Positions 1-8,035 of a stretch of 32,000 nt of DNA are shown piece after piece. The position numbers and the translations under genes are program-made. The first letter of the stretch is position 1. The number at the start of each line of letters is the position of its first letter. Location: contig CP060262.1 of assembly GCA_022646745.1 (NCBI GenBank), positions 2,010,001 through 2,042,000 of the forward strand, written 5' to 3'. Under the pieces are notes generated by a model. That model worked only from the letters and a program-made list of their open reading frames with translations. It was not told the DNA's origin and made no database searches. Source of the DNA: Planctomycetales bacterium (GTDB lineage: Bacteria; 4484-113; JAFGCY01).

Positions 1-3000
1 CTGGCTTCCAGCTTGACTGCAGTGCCGCCACTCCGGATGACATCTTCCTCGCGATCAGCTATGACGACGATGCGCTGCAGCTGGACAGTGCCCTGCTCAC
101 TGCTGAAGCCAGCGATGGCAACCTGATCCTTGCAGTGACCCGCCGCATCGAGGATGTGACCCTCGTCGGGATCACCCGCACGCGCGAGCACGGCACGCAG
201 CGTCAGGCGATGACACTGGCCGATGTGCGTTTCCGCGCCGGCAGCGAACGGATATGGCGCGACCTGAGCCTTGTCAATGAGGACCCAAAAAGTGCTGTGG
301 AGATGGCCGTTTCTTCAGTCGATGCCAACAGCCTGACACTCGAATGGGATGAGCGCAACATCGGTGACTATGACAACAACGGACTGGTCAGCATCTCCGA
401 CATCACGCCGATAGGCCTGCTGTTCCAGCAGACGCTCAGCAGCCATGATCCACCGGAAGAAGTGGTGCTCGTTGATGGTGATGGCAACGGTGAAGTGAAC
501 CTGGCGGACCTGACGCCGATCGCACGCAACTTCAACCGGGGCATCACCGGGTTCGTTGTGAACAGATTCGAGGGCCTGACGGATGACCCGCAGGATTTCG
601 AAGATGTGCCGCAGCTGCTGGAGCTGCGGGCGAATGTTTACGGCATCGCCAGTCCCGCCGAGAAGCGCCAGCGCCTGCACTATGTGGCGAGCATCAGCAA
701 GCCGCCGGTGCAGTCCCTCAGCCTGGCGGTCCGGGCATTTGACGATGACATGAACCTCGGTCCATTCAGCAATGTTGTCAGTCTGGAACTGCTGCCGGAT
801 AACCTCAAGCCTGTGTTCCAGGATAGTTTCTGGAGCCAGAACCAGGTCAATGGGGTGCTGCTGCACCTGCCGATTGCCGTTGATCCCGAAGGGGAAGAGG
901 TCAGCTACACATTGACCTACCGGCGGGAACTCGATCCTGCCGTGACCGAATTCGAAGACATCCCGCTCAGCGGCGAAACCAGCCATGAATATCCGCTTAC
1001 CGGCCTGGTGCGCGGCTCAGAGTATTCATTCACCCTCACAGCGTCTGATGAAAGCGGGCTGGAAAACTCCATTGGTGAAAGTACGCAGATTCCGACATTC
1101 GACCCTGACCTGCCTGACCGCTGGGACAACATCGGAGCTGACCAGGCCCGGACAGGGAGCCTGATTGCCTGCAAGCTGCATGAGCCGCTGTTCATGGATA
1201 TCGAACTGGAGCTTGAGCCCGGGGACACCATGCGCAGGAATGAAGTTGCATTTTCCTCGAATGACAATCTCTTGTATGCGAAGGGTGAGGAGAAGTGGCA
1301 TTTCATCTTCAAGGACGGGGAGAACTCTGAAGTCCAACGTGGTATCTACGGCAGCGGCCCCTTCCTGCCATCCCTGACACAGACGTTCAACAGCATCTAC
1401 ATGTTGGCAACAGACGGCCAGTCCGCCTGGCGCTCACGCCTCCCGGATCTGGTCTATGAGCTGGAAGTGGAGAACGCTGGCCAGCCCCTGATGATGGGTG
1501 AGCTGATGTTCATCGGCAGGCCGGATGGCAGCATCCACCTGCAGAACTACCATGGCAGTGAGATTGTGCTGTCAACGTCCACCGGGTCGCCTTCATTGTC
1601 AATCTCCAGCGATGGCGACGTCGTGTACCAGCTCTGCGAGGATGGCACGCTGCGGCGCTTTGCCCAGCCATTCTTCGAGGATGTGCAGGGCGCCAGCCTG
1701 CCGCTGCCGCAAGCCGGCAGCAGCCTGGTCCATTTAAGTTCAGTCGATGCACTGGCGGTGGCATTGCCTGATGGAAACTTCACGGTCCGCAGTGCGACTG
1801 ACCTCTCGGAAGTCCATACAAGTGATGCAGCCGATGGCAGTTCCGCCACCTGCCTGGCGGCTGTGCAGTGGACGGATCCACCGATGCTGCTGCTCGGTGA
1901 ATCGGACAGCGGCAACGGCAGGCTGCGTGCAGTGTCAATGGACGACTGGTCCGTTCTCTGGGATGAACCCGTGCAGGTGGAAACGATCTCAGCTTCCGCT
2001 GACAGGATCTTCATCCGCAATTCTGCTGAGCTGCAGGTGCGGGATTTCGAGGGGCGCCTGCGCCAGTCGATTCCACTTGCTGGCAATGTCAACAGCCAGC
2101 CGGTGCTGGATGCACAGGGCCTGGCTGCCGTGCATGGTTCGACCCTGAGTTTCCTCAGGGAATCCCCAGGCGACCTGCCCCCGGTCTGGCAGGGCACGGA
2201 AGGCCTGCGCGAACTGACGGTTGGCGACGGGCAGGTCACGCTCAGTTGGGACCATGCCGTGGATGAGCATGGCGAGCCTGTGCACTACGCTGTTTACTAC
2301 GGCACGGCCTTCCCGCCGGACCTGGACAGTCTGGCAACGAGCGTGGTGACTGACATCCCTGATGACGGCACTACAACTCATGAGTATGTGCTCGACGGGC
2401 TGGACAACGGCACGCGCTACTGGTTCATGGTGCGCGCCTATGACGGCTGGTGGGATGACAGCCCCAACATCGAGTTGAACCTGAATTGGCTGGCCGCCAC
2501 GCCACCCTGGCTCAGCGAGGAATTGATCCTCGGACAGGACCTGCCGGCAGGCGAAGTGTTCTACATGCGCGGCATTGCCGACCCATCAGGCAGCCTGCAT
2601 CTTGTCTACAACGACGAAGCAACAGTGAAGCTGACACACCTGTTCGGCAGTACCGGCAACTGGCAGCATGAGTCGGACGGCCTGGCCGGCTGGCCATCCA
2701 ATGCCTTTGACCTCAGCTGGGACACGGACCTGCTGATCGGACGGGCCAACAACTTCCCGCCCTCACTGAGCCTGCTCACTCGCACCGGCGCTGACATTTA
2801 CAGCGAAACCGTGGTCGGGGGCAGTGACCCGCTGGCCAACCCGCAGCTGGCAATCGCCGTCGGCACTGAGTATGGGATGGGCTTCACCGAATATATCAGC
2901 GGCACCTTGCCGCAGGTCAGCGGACACTACTACTACACGGTGACCAGCCTCGGCAGCTTCCTGCCTCCCATAGCCGTGGAGGAGCCGCTGTTCAACTACG

Positions 3001-3692
3001 GTCGCGACCTCGACCTGCTGTTCGACCCGGCTGACAACATATCACCCTGGCTGTGCTTCCAGCGCGGCACCGCCACCACGGACAACCGGCTGACCCCGAC
3101 GGCCGGCACACTGCAGTTCTGGCGCGACCTCGGTAGCGGACTCATGGTGGAGGAAGTTGACAGCGGTGTAAACGCGCCGGACAGTGATGCCGGAAAGCGG
3201 GTGCGGATGGTGCTGGACGGCTCCAGCCAGCCGCTCTTGGCCTACTACGACCTGGACAGTGACCCGCTGCAGCCGCGCGGGCAGTTCAAGACCGCGCACT
3301 GGGATGGCAGCCAGTGGATTGTCAGCGTACTGGAGAACCGCGACCTGTCCTTCCAGGACCAGTTCACTTACAGCAATACCGCGCCTGAGCTTGACATCGT
3401 CAAATCCAGTTCAGGCGAGATTGCGATCGGGGAACTGCTGCGCCAGAACATGCCGGCCAGCGGGGACCAGCCGCACAGCGTCGGAGTCAGGGCCTGGATT
3501 GACAGCGGCTCCGGCTTTGAACTGGAAGTGCTGACCGAGCCAATATGGATGCTGCCCTCGGATCGGGAACCATGCGTGGCGATGTACGACGCCTCCGGCA
3601 TCCTGCACATCTTCGTGGCCACGGCCCAGGAACCACTGGAAGGTGAAGACTACAAGGCAGATACGATCCTGCACCTGTGGCGCGGGGAATAG
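1..3692 (+). CDS. Giant secreted multidomain protein, 5'-partial: cohesin-like module, two dockerin-type Ca-binding repeats, two FN3 domains, beta-propeller-like regions
   Basis: The track ORF is 135-3692, but the same frame (codons from nt 3) has no stop back to the window edge, so the gene is probably truncated. Dockerin-like repeats DYDNNGLVSISDITPIGLLF and DGDGNGEVNLADLTPIARNF lie at about nt 364-540. FN3-like segments include SYTLTYRRE...GSEYSFTLTASDESG and VTLSWDHAVDEHGEPVHYAVYYG...GTRYWFMVRAYD. Codon bias is GC3-rich. Confidence 0.8.
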   Translation, partial: GFQLDCSAATPDDIFLAISYDDDALQLDSALLTAEASDGNLILAVTRRIEDVTLVGITRTREHGTQRQAMTLADVRFRAGSERIWRDLSLVNEDPKSAVEMAVSSVDANSLTLEWDERNIGDYDNNGLVSISDITPIGLLFQQTLSSHDPPEEVVLVDGDGNGEVNLADLTPIARNFNRGITGFVVNRFEGLTDDPQDFEDVPQLLELRANVYGIASPAEKRQRLHYVASISKPPVQSLSLAVRAFDDDMNLGPFSNVVSLELLPDNLKPVFQDSFWSQNQVNGVLLHLPIAVDPEGEEVSYTLTYRRELDPAVTEFEDIPLSGETSHEYPLTGLVRGSEYSFTLTASDESGLENSIGESTQIPTFDPDLPDRWDNIGADQARTGSLIACKLHEPLFMDIELELEPGDTMRRNEVAFSSNDNLLYAKGEEKWHFIFKDGENSEVQRGIYGSGPFLPSLTQTFNSIYMLATDGQSAWRSRLPDLVYELEVENAGQPLMMGELMFIGRPDGSIHLQNYHGSEIVLSTSTGSPSLSISSDGDVVYQLCEDGTLRRFAQPFFEDVQGASLPLPQAGSSLVHLSSVDALAVALPDGNFTVRSATDLSEVHTSDAADGSSATCLAAVQWTDPPMLLLGESDSGNGRLRAVSMDDWSVLWDEPVQVETISASADRIFIRNSAELQVRDFEGRLRQSIPLAGNVNSQPVLDAQGLAAVHGSTLSFLRESPGDLPPVWQGTEGLRELTVGDGQVTLSWDHAVDEHGEPVHYAVYYGTAFPPDLDSLATSVVTDIPDDGTTTHEYVLDGLDNGTRYWFMVRAYDGWWDDSPNIELNLNWLAATPPWLSEELILGQDLPAGEVFYMRGIADPSGSLHLVYNDEATVKLTHLFGSTGNWQHESDGLAGWPSNAFDLSWDTDLLIGRANNFPPSLSLLTRTGADIYSETVVGGSDPLANPQLAIAVGTEYGMGFTEYISGTLPQVSGHYYYTVTSLGSFLPPIAVEEPLFNYGRDLDLLFDPADNISPWLCFQRGTATTDNRLTPTAGTLQFWRDLGSGLMVEEVDSGVNAPDSDAGKRVRMVLDGSSQPLLAYYDLDSDPLQPRGQFKTAHWDGSQWIVSVLENRDLSFQDQFTYSNTAPELDIVKSSSGEIAIGELLRQNMPASGDQPHSVGVRAWIDSGSGFELEVLTEPIWMLPSDREPCVAMYDASGILHIFVATAQEPLEGEDYKADTILHLWRGE

Positions 3693-3701
3693 TGAAAGGA
3701 G

Positions 3702-3721
3702 GTCCGGCCGCCGAGCCGGAC
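3702..3721 (+). terminator. Stem-loop just after the stop of the giant protein gene (GTCCGGC-cgccga-GCCGGAC), no U-tract
   Basis: A perfect 7-bp stem starts 10 nt after the stop codon. With no T-run after it, intrinsic-terminator status is weak. Confidence 0.3.
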
Positions 3722-3728
3722 AATGGAA

Positions 3729-3749
3729 CAGTGGTCAGTAGTCAGTAAG
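3729..3749. repeat. Degenerate heptamer tract CAGTGGT CAGTAGT CAGTAAG (GTGGTCA/TGACCAC family)
   Basis: Period-7 repeat read directly from the sequence. It is inverted relative to the tract at 3864-3891. Confidence 0.8.
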
Positions 3750-3787
3750 AGAAGCAGAATGAGAATGAGAAACAGAATCAGAAGCAG
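3750..3787. repeat. Degenerate hexamer tract (AGAAnn)x6: AGAAGC AGAATG AGAATG AGAAAC AGAATC AGAAGC
   Basis: Period-6 repeat read directly. A near-identical tract at 14140-14175 encodes, on the minus strand, the hydrophobic core of a lipoprotein signal peptide. Confidence 0.8.
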
Positions 3788-3863
3788 GTTGTCAGAAACT
3801 GGTAAAGAAGACAACTGACCGCTATCTGCGGCTTCTGTTTCTGCCAACTAATTCTCCTTCTGA

Positions 3864-3891
3864 CGACTGCCCACTGACCACTGACAACTAA
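3864..3891. repeat. Degenerate heptamer tract CGACTGC CCACTGA CCACTGA CAACTAA
   Basis: Period-7 repeat read directly. It is the reverse-complement family of the tract at 3729-3749. Confidence 0.75.
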
Positions 3892-3912
3892 AAAGCCCCG
3901 CCGGAGCGGGGC
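3890..3912 (-). terminator. Rho-independent terminator for the minus-strand dockerin lipoprotein gene
   Basis: The minus strand reads GCCCCGC-tccg-GCGGGGC followed by TTTTT. It lies about 155 nt downstream of the stop at 4067. Confidence 0.6.
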
Positions 3913-4066
3913 ACAAGCAGACTTCAGGCTACAGACCGCAGACTTCAGAAAGTGACGCCAGACCTACCGCTCTCCTTGAGATAGATCTGGCGTCTGGTGT
4001 CTGAATTCTGTACTCTGTTTGTCAGCTTTTCAGCTGACATCCGCCAGGCTTACAGCCTGGCCACCA

Positions 4067-5776
4067 CTAGTTCACATTGATCTCGACGATGTTGCTCACG
4101 CGCTTGGCGAGGTCGAAGATCGTCACGCTCTCGCCGGGGCTGAACTCCGCCACCACGCTCACCTGGTCGCCACTGGACAGGTCGGTCGTTGCCAGCGTGG
4201 CACTGCCGCTGTCGAAGCTGGACGTGCCGGCGTTGGCACCATCCGGGATCACCGCCCAGGCAGCCCAGTCGGTCAGGTCGACATCACGGGTGATGGTCTC
4301 CTGCACCGTGCCGCCGCCGTCGAGGATCTCCAGCTGGAACGTGCCCATCGCGCTGAACACCACGTCGTCACCGGCGTTCACGCTGATCGGTCCGGTGCCG
4401 CCGCCGCTCAGTTCGATGTTGATGTCCTCGATGCTCAGCAGCAGGAAGCTCACCTCGTCGAATTGCAGGTTGTTGCCCGGCGCATGTGCACGCACGGTCA
4501 CGAGCCCGCGGTTGCGGAAGCTAAGCTGGCCCTTCGTGCCGGCGCTGTCGCTGACGGCGGCGCTGTTGCCGCCGGTCGGAACGGTCCAGATCAGCTGCTC
4601 AGTGGCATCAAACGGGTTGCCCGGGTCGGCATCGCTCTCGGCGGTGGCCGTCAGGCCGAGCATCTCGGGGGCGAAGTCCTCGGCGTTGCCAAGCACCTCG
4701 TCAACGCTGGCCTCGGTGATGTACACGATCGAGCGGCTGCCATCCACCTCAAGTGTCGGGGAGGCCGGCAGGCTGATGTTCACGTTGCTCAGCACGGGGG
4801 CTGCGGTCACGGCCTGCAGGAACAGCACGTTCGTGCTGCGGCTGCCCAGCGCGCCCGCGTTGTCAAAGTACTGCACTGCGAAGAAGGTGTCCTCCTCCAG
4901 CACATCGCCGACCCAGTTCCAGGTCAGCAGGCCGTCGGTGGTCTTCGGGCTCGGGAACTCATCGGCGCGGTTGACACGCACAAGCTCCGTCAGGCTGCCC
5001 TCACTGGCGCCGCTCAGGATCGCGTAGCCGGCCAGCCCGGTGCCGAGGTTGATGCCCAGCGGGGTCAGGTCGGAGATGGTCACGCTGCCATTGCGGTCGT
5101 AGTCGGCCTTGTCCGCCTGGCTGCCGGGGGTCACGCCCGTCGTGTTGAGCGAGATGCCCAGCGGGGTCAGGTCGGACAGGGTCACGAGCCCGTTGTTGTC
5201 ACCGTCGCCGGAGTTGATCTCTGGCCAGCTGATTTCCGGCTGGCCGGTGTTCTCACTCACGCTGCCCGCGATCTCGAATGCATTCGCGGCACCGGTCGGG
5301 GCCTTGGCGATGCTGCGTGCCAGCTGCTCGCTGCCCTCGCTGAAGCTCACCCGCGCGATCGCCTGGCGGCCGTCCAGGCCGGGGCGCACATCGAAATTCG
5401 CCAGCACCATGCCGAAGTTCAATCCATCCTCCAGCGGCTTGGCGAGGAACAGGGTGTCATCGCCGCTGGCCGTAAGCTGGGCCGACTCGAAGCTGTACTG
5501 CGAGCGGTCATAGCTCACCACGCCGTAAAGCGCCTTGGTGTCCTGCATCCCGCTGGCCACGATGTCGAAGCTGTACTGTCCGGCCGGTCCCGCTGCGGGC
5601 ACAAGCTCCAGGCTGACCGAACCGGCCGCGATGCTGTTATCGCGGTCCAGGCTGGCCGAGAAATCGCTCCCGCCGGCGTTGCTTCCCGCCGTGCCGCCGC
5701 CGCAGGACGCAGCGAGGCTGAGGGTCATCAGGGCCAGCAGGCTGGCCAGCAGCTTAATGCTCTTCATAAAAGGCAT
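4067..5776 (-). CDS. Secreted lipoprotein with a cohesin-like module and two dockerin-type repeats
   Basis: The N-terminus MPFMKSIKLLASLLALMTLSLAASCGGG contains a lipobox (LAAS-C). Dockerin-like repeats GDGDNNGLVTLSDLTPLGISL and DYDRNGSVTISDLTPLGINL lie at about nt 5043-5212. The start could instead be the MKSIKLL Met at 5767. The 605-aa plus-strand ORF opposite is Arg/Ala/His-rich antisense noise. Confidence 0.85.
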   Translation of the reverse strand: MPFMKSIKLLASLLALMTLSLAASCGGGTAGSNAGGSDFSASLDRDNSIAAGSVSLELVPAAGPAGQYSFDIVASGMQDTKALYGVVSYDRSQYSFESAQLTASGDDTLFLAKPLEDGLNFGMVLANFDVRPGLDGRQAIARVSFSEGSEQLARSIAKAPTGAANAFEIAGSVSENTGQPEISWPEINSGDGDNNGLVTLSDLTPLGISLNTTGVTPGSQADKADYDRNGSVTISDLTPLGINLGTGLAGYAILSGASEGSLTELVRVNRADEFPSPKTTDGLLTWNWVGDVLEEDTFFAVQYFDNAGALGSRSTNVLFLQAVTAAPVLSNVNISLPASPTLEVDGSRSIVYITEASVDEVLGNAEDFAPEMLGLTATAESDADPGNPFDATEQLIWTVPTGGNSAAVSDSAGTKGQLSFRNRGLVTVRAHAPGNNLQFDEVSFLLLSIEDINIELSGGGTGPISVNAGDDVVFSAMGTFQLEILDGGGTVQETITRDVDLTDWAAWAVIPDGANAGTSSFDSGSATLATTDLSSGDQVSVVAEFSPGESVTIFDLAKRVSNIVEINVN

Positions 5777-5865
5777 CCTCGGAAACTCAGATTTGCGCGC
5801 CGGAACGCATCCGGCAGTGTGTCCGCCACCATTTAATTATATACCCGCAGGGGGCACTGCCGCCC

Positions 5866-7266
5866 TTACTGACCCGTCCCGCCGCTGCGCTGTTCCCGCC
5901 ACTGTGTGCCCTTGCGGCCCTCCAGCGCTGCGTCACCCGTCAGCCTCCGGTAGCAGTCCAGCACCGCGTCCACCGCCCGCTGCGCAGCCCCGCGGTTGCG
6001 CAGGGTCAGCTCCCTGGCCCGCTGCCCGATGCGAATGCGCGCGTCCACGTCCTCCATCAGCGCTGCCAGCCGGCCCGGGGCCTGCCCGGCCTCCGCCTCC
6101 ACCACTGCATCGGAGCGCCTCAGCATCTCCATCTGCGAGGTGATGCCGAAGGTATGCGGCCCGACCAGCACCGGCTTGCCCAGCACCGTGGCCTCGAGGA
6201 TGTTGTGCCCGCCCACCTTCTTGTTGTACGTGCCGCCCATCACCACCACGTCGGCGAAGCGGTACATGTCCACCAGCACGCCGTAGCGGTCCACCAGCAG
6301 CACATCCCAGCCTGGCGCTGGCTTGCCACCACTGCCGGACTTCGCCTTCTTCGACTTGCCCTTGCCGGCCTTGCCCTTCGCAGGCGCAGGCGCCACATCC
6401 GCCAGCTTCACGCATTTCAGCTTGTTGCGCTCGCACAGCTTCTGCACTTCATCCACGCGCTCGATATGGCGCGGCGCGAGGATCAGCCGGGCCCCAGGGC
6501 TGTCCAGGCGCACCTGCGCCAGGCAGTCCAGCACCACTTCCTCCTCGCCGGGATGCGTGCTGCCGGCCGTGATCACCGGCTCGTCCCCCAGCCCGATCGC
6601 CGCGCGCTCGGTGGCCATCCGGCTTTCGCCCCAGTCCTCCAGCTCGAAGTCGAACTTGATGTTGCCGCTCGAAACCAGCTTCTCCGGCGGGATCGCGAAC
6701 TTGATGTAGTTCAGCCAGTGCGTCTTGTCCTGCGTCACGATCAGGTCGCACAGCTCAATCAGCTGCTGCAGGATCACCTTGCGCATGCCGGTCTTGTTGT
6801 GCAGGTACAGCCGCCCGTTCACGAGGCAGACCGGGATCCCGCGCTCGCGGCAGAGCGCTTGGATGTTCGGCCACAGCTCGGCTTCGGTGGTGATGTACAG
6901 GTCGGGGCGCAGCTTGTCGAGGTAGCGCGTCACGGCGCTTGGATGGTCCACCAGCGGGAACCAGGCGACGTATTCCACGAGGCCCGCGAGCTTGCCTTGC
7001 GCCATGGTGCGCCCGCTTTGCGTGGTGGTCAGGAGCACGATGTTGCATTCACCGATCGCCTGGCGCAGCTCACGGATGAAAGACGAGATCGCCACCACCT
7101 CGCCGGCGCTCACCGCATTGATCAGCACGTTCATACCGGGCAGGCTCGGGTCGTAGCCCTCCGGTTCGAAGTAGCCGCGCCGCGCCGCTATCGTGCCGCG
7201 AAAGGGCGGGTAGAGGTACAGGAGCGGCCAGAAGATGCGGACCAGCAGGTTGTAGATGGACAGCAC
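5866..7266 (-). CDS. waaA: 3-deoxy-D-manno-octulosonic acid (Kdo) transferase
   Basis: Blocks match my recollection of E. coli WaaA: LINAVSAGE (cf. HSVSVGE), TTEAELWPN (cf. METELWPN), GSTHPGEEE (cf. TSTHEGEE), LILAPRHIER, and GGHNILEATVLGKPVLVGPHTF (cf. GGHNPLEAAAHAIPVLMGPHTF). The start codon is GTG. Confidence 0.88.
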   Translation of the reverse strand: MLSIYNLLVRIFWPLLYLYPPFRGTIAARRGYFEPEGYDPSLPGMNVLINAVSAGEVVAISSFIRELRQAIGECNIVLLTTTQSGRTMAQGKLAGLVEYVAWFPLVDHPSAVTRYLDKLRPDLYITTEAELWPNIQALCRERGIPVCLVNGRLYLHNKTGMRKVILQQLIELCDLIVTQDKTHWLNYIKFAIPPEKLVSSGNIKFDFELEDWGESRMATERAAIGLGDEPVITAGSTHPGEEEVVLDCLAQVRLDSPGARLILAPRHIERVDEVQKLCERNKLKCVKLADVAPAPAKGKAGKGKSKKAKSGSGGKPAPGWDVLLVDRYGVLVDMYRFADVVVMGGTYNKKVGGHNILEATVLGKPVLVGPHTFGITSQMEMLRRSDAVVEAEAGQAPGRLAALMEDVDARIRIGQRARELTLRNRGAAQRAVDAVLDCYRRLTGDAALEGRKGTQWREQRSGGTGQ

Positions 7267-7272
7267 GGGCTG

Positions 7273-7278
7273 ATTATA
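7273..7278 (-). promoter_or_regulatory. -10-like TATAAT 6 nt upstream of the waaA GTG start (possible leaderless mRNA)
   Basis: The minus strand reads TATAAT-cagccc-GTG. No Shine-Dalgarno sequence is present. Confidence 0.4.
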
Positions 7279-7334
7279 GTGGTGAGTGGTCGGTGGTCAG
7301 TGGTCAGCGGGTTTCGGGTTGCGGGTTTCGGAAT
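7279..7334. repeat. Heptamer tracts: GTGGTGA GTGGTCG GTGGTCA GTGGTCA, then GCGGGTT TCGGGTT GCGGGTT TCGGAAT
   Basis: Strict period 7 read directly. The first half is inverted relative to 7994-8035, and the second half is the reverse complement of the family at 14509-14546. Confidence 0.85.
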
Positions 7335-7343
7335 CACATATTT

Positions 7344-7371
7344 GGGTAGCGGTGGCGCCCTGCGCCAATTG
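7344..7371 (+). repeat. REP element (GTAG + GGCGC-cct-GCGCC hairpin), plus orientation
   Basis: Read directly. GTAG is at 7346-7349. Confidence 0.75.
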
Positions 7372-7416
7372 ATAGTGCATGATGCGAAATTTACAAATAT
7401 GTGATATATTTGCAAT

Positions 7417-7905
7417 ATGTTGCCATTGCAGCCAAAGCTGATGCGTAAGTCCGATCACAACTACCGTACTCCGGGCTACTACTTCATCACGCTGAAGACC
7501 GCTGGCTCACGGAACCTGTTTGGCAGGTATGAAAGTGGCAATGATGTAATCCTGTCACGCTTCGGAAGGATTGCCCTTGAGTGCTGGCACCGTAATGATG
7601 AGGTGTACCAGACCGTAAGCAATGATCTGTATCGCTTCATGCCCAATCACATGCACGCCTTGCTTATGCTGGAATTTGGCGAGAGCACACGGGATGCGGG
7701 AGTACACCTGAGCAAGGTCGTGACATCCTACAAGGGTGTTGTCACAAAGGAAATCCGCAGGTTGACGGGGAATGCGGATATGCAGGTCTGGCAACGGAAC
7801 TACTACGAACGGATAGTCACATCGGAAAGGGCCCTGCAGAACATCCGCAGCTACATTCTCTACAATCCGCTGATGATTGAACTGGAAGGCAAGGGTCTGC
7901 GCTGA
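7417..7905 (+). CDS. rayT: REP-associated tyrosine transposase (RAYT, IS200/IS605 TnpA-like Y1 HUH enzyme)
   Basis: The protein is 162 aa with an HUH motif MPNHMHALL (nt 7648-7656 = H-M-H). It has a C-terminal catalytic-Tyr region WQRNYYERIV and ends in the YILYNPL motif typical of this family. MRKSDHNY at 7441 is an alternative start. Confidence 0.85.
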   Translation: MLPLQPKLMRKSDHNYRTPGYYFITLKTAGSRNLFGRYESGNDVILSRFGRIALECWHRNDEVYQTVSNDLYRFMPNHMHALLMLEFGESTRDAGVHLSKVVTSYKGVVTKEIRRLTGNADMQVWQRNYYERIVTSERALQNIRSYILYNPLMIELEGKGLR

Positions 7906-7947
7906 TTGCCTGAATCCTCAGTCGAGGTAGCCTGGTGCATCCACTCC

Positions 7948-7975
7948 CAGTTGGCGCAAGGCGCCACCGCTACCC
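7948..7975 (-). repeat. REP element, minus orientation (inverted partner of 7344-7371)
   Basis: The plus strand reads CAGTTGGCGCAAGGCGCCACCGCTACCC. CTAC is at 7970-7973. Confidence 0.75.
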
Positions 7976-7993
7976 TGACCCTTGCACCGTTTC

Positions 7994-8035
7994 CATCTGA
8001 CCACTGACCACAGACCACTGACTACTTCCCACTGA
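7994..8035. repeat. Heptamer tract CATCTGA CCACTGA CCACAGA CCACTGA CTACTTC CCACTGA
   Basis: Period 7 read directly. It supplies the last codons (..MVSGK) and the TAG stop (8022-8024) of the anti-sigma-like ORF. Confidence 0.85.

Larger units (their letters stand above)
7344..7975 (+). mobile_element. REP-RAYT unit: IS200-like Y1 HUH transposase gene bracketed by inverted GTAG-hairpin REP sequences
   Basis: The left REP is GGGTAGCGGTGGCGCCCTGCGCCAATTG (7344-7371). The right REP (7948-7975) matches its reverse complement with 2 mismatches. The gene between them is about 52% G+C in a sampled line, against about 65% for the flanks. Confidence 0.75.

Noticed and set aside
3650-3847. 65-aa ORF with an LLLILFLILILLLLL segment (type I toxin-like or small membrane peptide)
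   Set aside because: The hydrophobic run is simply the translation of the hexamer repeat. The ORF overlaps the 3' end of the giant protein gene, and I saw no RBS or lipobox. I kept it only as a comparison in the hexamer finding.
4019-5836. 605-aa plus-strand ORF opposite the dockerin lipoprotein gene
   Set aside because: Its composition (Ala/Arg/Gly/His/Val-rich, no motifs) is typical of antisense shadow ORFs in GC-rich coding DNA. The minus-strand frame has a lipobox signal peptide and dockerin repeats.
6154-7404. 416-aa plus-strand ORF (and the other ORFs between 5933 and 7048) overlapping waaA
   Set aside because: The minus-strand frame matches WaaA block by block. The alternatives are Arg/His/Ala-rich shadow ORFs.
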